In this document: positions 1 through 18,400 of the stretch, in pieces
Position numbering within the stretch: position 1 is the first letter of the stretch
Layout: the number at the start of each line of letters is the position of its first letter
NCBI RefSeq assembly: GCF_009914755.1
Contig: NC_060948.1
Origin: the human T2T-CHM13v2.0 reference genome, Homo sapiens
DNA: 64,000 bases
Direction: 5' to 3' (one strand)
The notes under the pieces: model-generated
What the model saw: the letters and a program-made list of their open reading frames with translations, nothing else
Databases searched by the model: none
Told to the model about the DNA's origin: nothing
Program-made: the position numbers and the translations under genes

Positions 1-1675
<1,675 letters not shown>

Positions 1676-2240
1676 AGATCCATATTTTTTAAATGAAAAA
1701 AAATTTCAAAGGTACTCTGCTTGGTACAATAATCAAATGTATAAACTGAGGAATAAAACATAACCATGAAACCTACTTATAACTGCATATGGAAAATACA
1801 GAGGATAATTTTTTAAATAACATATTTTGAAAGCCTTAACTAGTAATTTGAAGAGCTGGCATTTGAAAGGCCAGTATGAATATACCTTCAAAGCAGCAAC
1901 ACAGGTTCCCCATGAGAAAAAGCAAACACAGGGAAAATAAAAACACAAAGGTTCAATCTCTTCTGACCTTTGAAAGACACAGCACAGACAGTGGTCCTTA
2001 GGACGAAGAGCAGGAGACCCCTAATTCCGTCACCATGGCGATAGGGCATAAACATTGCTGGGTGAGGGCACAATCCACATTGTGAGGTCCAACTGCTGCC
2101 AGGAAGACAGGAGTGCTTTTACATAGACCGAAAGGTCATTGAAGGCTCAGAGTTTTGTTTCAAGAACTGAATCCCAAGCCCACACGTTATTAGGCTGCGC
2201 TTCTTAAAACAAGTTATGAGATGGGAAAAAGGGCACCCAC
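1676..2240. repeat. HSATI-type segment of DYZ2 (copy 1)
   Basis: ~565-bp moderate-GC segment between the Alu and the AT-rich part, present in every unit. Named from the known DYZ2 structure; boundaries approximate. Confidence 0.75.
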
Positions 2241-4092
<1,852 letters not shown>

Positions 4093-4657
4093 AGATCCAT
4101 ATTTTTTAAATGAAAAAAAATTTCAAAGGTACTCTGCTTGGTACAATAATCAAATGTATAAACTGAGGAATAAAACATAACCATGAAACCTACTTATAAC
4201 TGCATATGGAAAATACAGAGGATAATTTTTTAAATAACATATTTTGAAAGCCTTAACTAGTAATTTGAAGAGTTGGCATTTGAAAGGCCAGTATGAATAT
4301 ACCTTCAAAGCAGCAACACAGGTTCCCCATGAGAAAAAGCAAACACAGGGAAAATAAAAACACAAAGGTTCAATCTCTTCTGACCTTTGAAAGACACAGC
4401 ACAGACAGTGGTCCTTAGGACGAAGAGCAGGAGACCCCTAATTCCGTCACCATGGCGATAGGGCATAAACATTGCTGGGTGAGGGCACAATCCACATTGT
4501 GAGGTCCAACTGCTGCCAGGAAGACAGGAGTGCTTTTACATAGACCGAAAGGTCATTGAAGGCTCAGAGTTTTGTTTCAAGAACTGAATCCCAAGCCCAC
4601 ACGTTATTAGGCTGCGCTTCTTAAAACAAGTTATGAGATGGGAAAAAGGGCACCCAC
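4093..4657. repeat. HSATI-type segment of DYZ2 (copy 2)
   Basis: Near-identical to 1676-2240. Confidence 0.75.
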
Positions 4658-6512
<1,855 letters not shown>

Positions 6513-7077
6513 AGATCCATATTTTTTAAATGAAAAAAAATTTCAAAGGTACTCTGCTTGGTACAATAATCAAATGTATAAACTGAGGAATAAAACATAA
6601 CCATGAAACCTACTTATAACTGCATATGGAAAATACAGAGGATAATTTTTTAAATAACATATTTTGAAAGCCTTAACTAGTAATTTGAAGAGTTGGCATT
6701 TGAAAGGCCAGTATGAATATACCTTCAAAGCAGCAACACAGGTTCCCCATGAGAAAAAGCAAACACAGGGAAAATAAAAACACAAAGGTTCAATCTCTTC
6801 CGACCTTTGAAAGACACAGCACAGACAGTGGTCCTTAGGACTAAGAGCAGGAGACCCCTAATTCCGTCACCATGGCGATAGGGCATAAACATTGCTGGGT
6901 GAGGGGACAATCCACATTGTGAGGTCCAACTGCTGCCAGGAAGACAGGAGTGCTTTTACATAGACCGAAAGGTCATTGAAGGCTCAGAGTTTTGTTTCAA
7001 GAACTGAATCCCAAGCCCACACGTTATTAGGCTGCGCTTCTTAAAACAAGTTATGAGATGGGAAAAAGGGCACCCAC
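6513..7077. repeat. HSATI-type segment of DYZ2 (copy 3)
   Basis: Near-identical to 1676-2240. Confidence 0.75.
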
Positions 7078-8933
<1,856 letters not shown>

Positions 8934-9498
8934 AGATCCATATTTTTTAAATGAAAAAAAATTTCAAAGGTACTCTGCTTGGTACAATAATCAAATGTAT
9001 AAACTGAGGAATAAAACATAACCATGAAACCTACTGATAACTGCATATGGAAAATACAGAGGATAATTTTTTAAATAACATATTTTGAAAGCCTTAACTA
9101 GTAATTTGAAGAGTTGGCATTTGAAAGGCCAGTATGAATATACCTTCAAAGCAGCAACACAGGTTCCCCATGAGAAAAAGCAAACACAGGGAAAATAAAA
9201 CCACAAAGGTTCAATCTCTTCTGACCTTTGAAAGACACAGCACAGACAGTGGTCCTTAGGACGAAGAGCAGGAGACCCCTAATTCCGTCACCATGGCGAT
9301 AGGGCATAAACATTGCTGGGTGAGGGCACAATCCACATTGTGAGGTCCAACTGCTGCCAGGAAGACAGGAGTGCTTTTACATAGACCCAAAGGTCATTGA
9401 AGGCTCAGTGTTTTGTTTCAAAAACTGAATCCCAAGCCCACACGTTATTATGCTGTGCTTCTTAAAAAAAGTTATGAGATGGGAAATAGGGCACCCAC
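8934..9498. repeat. HSATI-type segment of DYZ2 (copy 4), diverging from ~9388
   Basis: Matches the other copies up to ~9387, then carries several substitutions (agacccaaag, ctcagtgt, attatgctgtgc, gggaaataggg). Confidence 0.75.
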
Positions 9499-10405
9499 AA
9501 TTATATCTATACATTATGTATATAATAATATATAGAATCATATATATAATATATGTAACATATATATATAATACTGTTTTACATCCTGCAGTTATATTAT
9601 ATATATTATATGTATTATAATAACTGGTAATGTATAAGTATTATATTTATACACTATGACATATAATAATTATATTTTATGCCGTTTATAATATATATTA
9701 TATATCATATACCAAATATATTATATGGTTAATATACGTATTAAATATATAATATACATTATAAATATTATATCTACGTTATATATAACATTCACTATAG
9801 TTAATATATATATTATATCTAGCTTATATATAATATAAAATAACATATAATAATATATAACTGTATATATAAAATATGACATATAATATATATTATATTT
9901 TATGACATATATATGATATGTATTATATATTATATATAATATGTTGTAAGTATAATACATGTATTAAATATATATTATATGTCTATGTTATTAATTATAT
10001 GTAATATATGTTATATATTACATATTTGATATAGAATACACATGTTACATAGAATATATTCTATGTTACATATAACGTAGAATTTATTATGTGTAATAAA
10101 ATGTATGGCATATATTATAAATTCCTTATAATATACAATATGTGGAATGTGATATATATAACTTGTAATATATGATATATGATATACAATATATGTTATA
10201 TAACATACAATATATGATACATAATATATATGGTATAGAATATATATTTTATGTTATATATTATATATGTTTTATATTTTATTAAATATAAATATTTAAA
10301 ATTATATATAACCGTATAATGTTATACGTAAATATATAATATACTACATATAACCACATATTATGTTATATAAAATTTTATTACATACTTTCCATAATAT
10401 ATCAT
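9499..10405. repeat. Diverged, truncated terminal AT-rich segment of DYZ2 (no Alu)
   Basis: Collinear with the other AT-rich segments (ttttacatcctgca, ggttaatatacgtattaaat, caatatgtggaatgtgat) but with many differences. Ends at the equivalent of position ~756. Confidence 0.85.
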
Positions 10406-10623
10406 ATGGACTCCTTTGGATTGGTCTAGTATGCAATGCAATCGACTGGCAGGGAATTAAAAGGAATGCAATCGAATGGATTGCAAAGGAATGCAATGGA
10501 CTCGAATAGATTGGAAACAGAATGCAAAGGAATGGAATGGAATAGTATGGAATGGAATGGAAAGGAATGGAGTGGAATAGACTAGAGTAGAATGGAATTT
10601 ACTCGAAAGCAATGGACTGGAAT

Positions 10624-10638
10624 AGAACTTTCTTGAAT
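10624..10638. promoter_or_regulatory. Canonical heat-shock element (nGAAnnTTCnnGAAn), type c; recurs once per DYZ1 unit
   Basis: aGAActTTCttGAAt; also at 13428, 16977, 22938, 26482, 30031 and onward. Motif match only; binding not shown. Confidence 0.5.
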
Positions 10639-12126
10639 GGGCTGGAATCAAACGGAATGGAATGCTCTGCAATCAAATAGAATGAAAGAGAATCAAATCC
10701 AATCGAATGGATTGGAAAGGAATTGACTGAAATGGAATGGACTAGAATGGAAGGCAAAGGAATGGAATCTATAGGAATGGACTTTAATGGAATGGAATGG
10801 AAGGGATTGGAATGGAATCGAATGGAATGGACTGCAATAGAAAGGATTCGAATGGAATGAAAAAGAATTGAATGGAATAGAACAGAATGGAATCAAATCG
10901 AATGAATTGGAATGGAATAGAAAGGATTCGAATGGAATGCAATCGAACGGAATGGAATCGAACGGAATGGAATAAAATGGAAGAAAACTGGCAAGAAATG
11001 GAATCGAAATGAATGGAGTGTTATGGAACGGACTCAAAAGGAATTGAATGTAATAGAATGGAGTGGAGTGGACTCGAATATAATGGACTGGAATGGAATG
11101 AAATCACATGGAATGGGAACGAATGGAATGGAATGGAAAGGAATGGAATCGAATGGGAAGGAATCGAATGGAAGGGAATGAAATTGAATCAACAGGAATG
11201 GAAGGGAATAGAATAGACGGTAATGGAATGGACTCGAATAGAATGGACACGAATGCTCAAATTGAATGGACTCGAATGGAATGGAAACGAAAGGAATGTC
11301 ATCGAATGGAATTGAATCGATTGGAATGAAATCGCATAGAATGGAGTGGAATCAAATGGAATTGAGTCGAAAGGAAAGGAAGCGAATGGACTGAAATGAA
11401 ATGGAATGGAATTGAATGGAAAGTAATGCAATGGAATAGAATGGAACGAAATTTCACGGAATGGAATCAAACTGAATGGAATCAAATCAATGGAATATAA
11501 TCAAATGGAATGGAAAGGAATTGAATGGAGTAGATGGGATTGGATGGGATTGGAATGAAATGTACTGGAAAGAACTCGAATTTCATGAAACGGAATGGAA
11601 TGAATTGGAACGGAATGGACTCGAATGGAATGGAATGTCATGGAATGGCATCAAATGGAATGGCATCAAATGGAATGGAATCGAATGCAATGGAATGCTA
11701 GGGAATGGAATGGAATGCACTGGAATGGAATGTCCTCTAATGGAATGGATTCGAGTGGAATGGAATCGAATATAATGGAGTCGAATGAAATGGAATTGAA
11801 AGGAATGGGACCGAATACAATGGAATATACTGGAATGTAATGTAATGAACTCGAATGTAATTGACTGGAATGGAATGTACATGAATGGAATGTAATCGAA
11901 TGGAAAGTAATCCAATGGAATAGAATCTAATGCAATAAAATCGACTCAGATAGAGTAGAATGTAATGGAATGGAGTGCAGTGCAATGGAATGGAATGGAA
12001 TGGAATGCAATGGAATGGAATGGAATGGAATGGAATGGAATGGAATGGGATGGAATGGTATGGAATGGAATGTATTAGAATGTAATGAACATTAATGGAA
12101 TGTACTCGAATGGATTCGACTGGAAT

Positions 12127-12141
12127 GGAATGTTCTGGAAG
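12127..12141. promoter_or_regulatory. Canonical heat-shock element, type a; recurs once per DYZ1 unit
   Basis: gGAAtgTTCtgGAAg; also at 15676, 19215, 21637, 25191, 28720 and onward. Motif match only. Confidence 0.5.
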
Positions 12142-12406
12142 TTTATGGACTCCAATGGAATGGATTCGAAAGGAATGGAATCGAACGGAATGGAATCTAA
12201 TGGAATGGAATTAAATGGAAATGAATCAAATTGAATAGCACGGAATTGAATTGAATGGAATAGAATGCAATGTAATCTAATGAAACAGAAAGGAAAGGAA
12301 TGGAATGGAATGGAATGGGCTGGAATGGAATGGAATCGAAACGAATGGAATGGAATCGAACTAAAGAGACTGGAATGGAATGCACTGGAATGGAAGGGAG
12401 TGTAAT

Positions 12407-12421
12407 GGAAGGTTCTCGAAA
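12407..12421. promoter_or_regulatory. Canonical heat-shock element, type b; present in most DYZ1 units
   Basis: gGAAggTTCtcGAAa; also at 19495, 21912, 25461, 29000 and onward. Motif match only. Confidence 0.5.
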
Positions 12422-15400
12422 AAAATGGAATCGAAAGGAATGGAATTGAATGGAACGGAATAGAGTCGAATGGAATTGAATGGAATGGAATGGACTAGAG
12501 TGAAATGGAATCGAACCACAAGGAATGGACAGGAATAGAATGGTCTCGAATTGAATGGAATCGTATGGAATGGCATCAAACGGAATGGAATGGACAGCCA
12601 CGGAATGGAATGCACTCGAATGCAATGGAGTCGAAACTAATGGACTGGAATAGAATGGACTCGACTGGTACGGACTCCAATGGAATGGAATCCAATGGAA
12701 GGGAATCGAACGGAATGGACTCGAAGGGAAAAGACTGCAATGGAAAGGTCTCGAATGGAATGGAAATTAATGGAATGGAATGGAATCGAATGAAGTGGAG
12801 TCAAAAGGAATGGAATTGAATGGCAAGAAATCGAATGTAATGGAATCGCAAGGAATTGATGTGAACGGAACGGAATGGAATGGAATCCAAAGGAATGGAA
12901 TAGAATGGAATGGAATCGAATGGAAAGGACTCGAATGGAAATCACTCGAATAGAATGCAATTTAATAAAATAGGATCAAATGTAATGGAATGGAATGGAA
13001 AGGAATCGAAACGAAAGGAATGGAGACAGATGGAATGGAATGGAACAGAGAGCAATGGTATAGAATGGAATGGAATCATCTGGAATGGAATTGAATGGAA
13101 TGGAATAACATGAAATGGAATGGAATGGAATGGAATGCCCTTGAATTAAATGGACTGGAATGGAATGGACTCGAACAGAGTGGAATGGAAAGTGTTGAAA
13201 TAGAATGGAATGGACTCGTTTGGAATGGTCTAGTATGCAATGCAATCGACTGGCAGGGAATCAAAAGGAATGTAATCGAATGGATTGGACTGGAATGCAA
13301 TGGACTCGAATAGATTGGAAACGGAATGCAAAGGAATGGAATGGAATAGTATGGAATGGAATGGAAAGGAATGGAGTGGAATAGACTAGAGTGGAATGGA
13401 ATGGACTCAAAAGCAATTTACTGGAATGGAACTTTCTTGAATGGACTGGAATCAAACGGAATGGAATGCAATGCAATCAAATGGCATGGAATAAAATAGA
13501 ATGAAAGAGAATCAAATGGAATTGAATCGAATGGAATCGAATGGATTGGAAAGGAATAGAATGGAATGGAATGGAATTGACTCAAATGGAATGGACTAGA
13601 ATGGAATGGATTCGAATGTAAGGCAAAGGAATGGAATCTATTGGAATGGACTGTAATGGAATGGAATGGAAGGGATTGGAATGGACTCGAATGGAATGGA
13701 CTGCAATAGAAAGGATTCGAATGGAATGAAAAAGAATTGAATGGAATAGAACAGAATGGAATCAAATCGAATGAAATGGAATGGAATAGAAAGGAATGGA
13801 ATGAAATGGAATGGAAAGGATTCGAATGGAATGCAATCGAATGGAATGGAATCGAACGGAATGGAATAAAATGGAAGAAAACTGGCAAGAAATGGAATCG
13901 AAATGAATGGAGTGTTATGGAACGGACTCAAAAGGAATTGAATGTAATAGAATGGAGTGGAGTGGACTCGAATATAATGGACTGGAATGGAATGAAATCA
14001 CATGGAATGGGAACGAATGGAATGGAATGGAAAGGAATGGAATCGAATGGAAAGGAATGGAATGGAAGGGAATGAAACTGAGTCAACAGGAATGGAAGGG
14101 AGTAGAATAGACGGTAATGGAATGGACTCGAATAGAATGGACATGAATGCACAAATTGAATGGACTCGAATGGAATGGAAACCAAAGGAATGTCATCGAA
14201 TGGAATTGAACCGATTGGAATGAAATCGCATAGAATGGAGTGGAATCAAATGGAATTGAATCGAAAGGAAAGGAAGCGAATGGACTGAAATGAAATGGAA
14301 TGGAATGGAAAGTAATGCAATGGAATAGAATGGAACGAAATTTCACGGAATGGAATCAAACTGAATGGAATCAAATCAATGGAATCTAATCAAGTGGAAT
14401 GGAAAGGAATTGAATGGAGTAGATTGGATTGGATGGGATTGGAATGAAATGTACTGGAAAGGACTCGAATTTCATGAAACGGAATGGAATGAATTGGAAC
14501 GGAATGGACTCGAATGGAATGGAATGTCATGGAATTGCATCAAATGGAATGGCATCAAAGGGAATGGAATCGAATGCAATGGAATGCTATGGAATGGAAT
14601 GGAATGCATTGGAATGGAATGTCCTCTAATGGAATGGATTCGAGTGGAATGGAATCGAATATAATGGAGTCGAATGAAATGGAATTGAAAGGAATGGGAT
14701 CGAATACAATGGAATATACTGGAATGTAATGTAAAGAACTCGAATGTAATAGACTGGAAAGGAATGTACATGAATGGAATGTAATCGAATGGAAAGTAAT
14801 CCAATGGAATAGTATCTAATGTAATAAAATCGTCTCAGATAGAGTAGAATGTAATGGAATGGAGTGTAGTGCAATGGAATGGAATGGAATGGAATGCAAT
14901 GGAATGGAAAGGAATGGAATGGAATGGAATGGAATGGGATGGAACGGTATGGAATGGATAGTAATGGACTGGAGTGAAATGGACTGGAAAGGAATGGACT
15001 CAAATTGAAAGGTCTCGAAAGGAATGGAGTCAAATGGAATGGTCTGGAATGGAATGAACATGAATGTAATGCAATCCAATAGAAAGGAATCGAATGGCAT
15101 GGAATATAAAGAAATGGAATCGAAGAGAATGGAAACAAATGGAATGGAATTGAATGGAATGGAATTGAATGGAATGGGAACGAATGGAGTGAAATTGTAT
15201 GCAGTAGAAGAGAATAGAATGGAATGCAAGCGAAAAGAAAGGAATGGATTGGAATGGAATGGAATTCATTGGAATGGAAGGGAATGTAGTGTTATGGACA
15301 GGCCTGGAATAAAGTGGAATGCTACGGTCTCGAATGGAATAAAAATGTATGGAATGGAATGCAATGAAACGGAATCGAATGTCATAGAATGTAATGGAAT

Positions 15401-18400
15401 GCAAAAAAATGGAATCCAAAATCATTGACTGGAAAGGCTGTGTGTCAAAAGGAATTGACTCCAATGGAATGGAATCGAATGGAATGGAAGTGAATAGAAT
15501 CGAACTAAATCGAATGGAATGGAATTGATAGGAACGGAATGGAAAGGAATGCAATGATTTGGCATGGAATGGAATCGAATGGCATCGAATGGAATGGAAT
15601 GGAATGCAATGGAATGGAATGTATTAGAATGTAATGAACTTTAATGGCATGTACTCGAATGGATTCGACTGGAATGGAATGTTCTGGAAGTGAATGGACT
15701 CCAATGGAATGGATTCAAAAGGAATGGAATCGTACGGAATGGAATCTAATGGAATGGAATTAAATGGAAATGAATCAAATTGAATAGCACGGAATTGAAT
15801 TGAATGGAATGGAATGCAATGGAATCTAATGAAACGGAAAGGAAAGGAATGGAATGGAATGGAATGGGCTGGAATGGAAAGGAATCGAAACGAATGGAAT
15901 GGAATCGAACTGAAGAGACTGGAATGGAATGCACTGGAATGGAAGGGAGTGTAATGGAAGGTTCTCAAAAAAAATGGAATCGAATGGAATGGAATTGAAT
16001 GGAACGGAATAGAGTCGAATGGAATTGAATGGAATGGAATGGACTAGAGTGAAATGGAATCGAACCACAAGGAATGGACAGGAATAGAATGGTCTCGAAT
16101 TGAATGGAATCGTATGGAATGGCATCAAAAGGAATGGAATGGACAGCCACGGAATGGAATGCACTCGAATGCAATGGAGTCGAAACTAATGGACTGGAAT
16201 AGAATGGACGCGACTGGTACGGACTCCAATGGAATGGAATCGAATGGAAGGGAATCGAACGGAATGGACACGAAGGGAAAAGACTGCAATGGAAAGGTCT
16301 CGAATGGAATGGAAATTAATGGAATGGAATGGAATCGAATGAAATGGAGTCAAAAGGAATGGAATCGAGTGGCAAGAAATCGAATGTAATGGAATCGCAA
16401 GGAATTGATGTGAACGGAACGGAATGGAATGGAATCCAAAGGAATGGAATAGAATGGAATGGAATCGAATGGAAAGGATTCGAATGGAAATCACTCGAAT
16501 AGAATGCAATTTAATAAAATAGGATCAAATGTAATGGAATGGAATGGAAAGGAATCAAAACGAAAGGAATGGAGACAGATGGAATGGAATGGAACAGAGA
16601 GCAATGGTATAGAATGGAATGGAATCATCTGGAATGGAATTGAATGGAATGGAATAACATGAAATGGACTGGAATGGAATGGAATGCCCTTGAATTAAAT
16701 GGACTGGAATGGAATGGAGTCGAACAGAGTGGAATGGAAAGTGTTGAAATAGAATGGAATGGACTCCTTTGGAATGGTCTAGTATGCAATGCAATCGACT
16801 GGCAGGGAATCAAAAGGAATGTAATCGAATGGATTGGACTGGAATGCAATGGACTCGAATAGATTGGAAACGGAATGCAAAGGAATGGAATGGAATAGTA
16901 TGGAATGGAATGGAAAGGAATGGAGTGGAATAGACTAGAGTGGAATGGAATGGACTCGAAAGCAATGGACTGGAATGGAACTTTCTTGAATGGACTGGAA
17001 TCAAACGGAATGGAATGCAATGCAATCAAATGGCATGGAATAAAATAGAATGAAAGAGAATCAAATGGAATTGAATCGAATGGAATCGAATGGATTGGAA
17101 AAGAATAGAATGGAATGGAATGGAATTGACTCAAATGGAATGGACTAGAATGGAATGGATTCGAATGGAAGGCAAAGGAATGGAATCTATTGGAATGGAC
17201 TGTAATGGAATGGAATGGAAGGGATTGGAATGGACTCGAATGGAATGGACTGCAATAGAAAGGATTCGAATGGAATGAAAAAGAATTGAATGGAATAGAA
17301 CAGAATGGAATCAAATCGAATGAAATGGAATGGAATAGAAAGGAATGGAATGAAATGGAATGGAAAGGATTCGAATGGAATGCAATCGAATGGAATGGAA
17401 TCGAACGGAATGGAATAAAATGGAAGAAAACTGGCAAGAAATGGAATCGAAATGAATGGAGTGTTATGGAACGGACTCAAAAGGAATTGAATGTAATAGA
17501 ATGGAGTGGAGTGGACTCGAATATAATGGACTGGAATGGAATGAAATCACATGGAATGGGAACGAATGGAATGGAATGGAAAGGAATGGAATGGAATGGA
17601 AAGGAATCGAATGGAAGGGAATGAAATTGAATCAACAGGAATGGAAGGGAGTAGAATAGACGGTCATGGAATGGACTCGAATAGAATGGACACGAATGCT
17701 CAAATTGAATGGACTCGAATGGAATGGAAATGAAAGGAATGTCATCGAATGGAATTGAATCGATTGGAATGAAATCGCATAGAATGGAGTGGAATCAAAT
17801 GGAATTGAATCGAAAGGAAAGGAAGCGAATGGACTGAAATGAAATGGAATGGAATTGAATGGAAAGTAATGCAATGGAATAGAATGGAACGAAATTTCAC
17901 GGAATGGAATCAAACTGAATGGAATCAAATCAATGGAATCTAATCAAATGGAATGGAAAGGAATTGAATGGAGTAGATTGGATTGGATGGGATTGGAATG
18001 AAATGTACTGGAAAGGACTCGAATTTCATGAAACGGAATGGAATGAATTGGAACGGAATGGACTCGAAAGGAATGGAATGACATGGAATGGCATCAAATG
18101 GAATGGCATCAAATGGAATGGAATCAAATGCAATGGAATGCTATGGAATGGAATGGAATGCATTGGAATGGAATGTCCTCTAATGGAATGGATTCGAGTG
18201 GAATGGAATCGAATATAATGGAGTCGAATGAAATGGAATTGAAAGGAATGGGATCGAATAGAATGGAATATACTGGAATGTAATGTAATGAACACGAATG
18301 TAATTGACTGGAATGGAATGTACATGAATGGAATGTAATCGAATGGAAAGTAATCCAATGGAATAGAATGTAATGCAATAAAATCGACACAAATAGAGTA

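Noticed and set aside
14382-14392. gaatctaatca, a near match to the DUX4 motif in some units
   Set aside because: Mismatch at the first base, present in only a minority of units, and expected by chance in an AAT-rich pentamer.
11933-15315. Multiple AATAAA polyadenylation-like hexamers per DYZ1 unit, and TATA-like words in DYZ2
   Set aside because: One or two substitutions from the background repeat; no transcript evidence is available from sequence alone.
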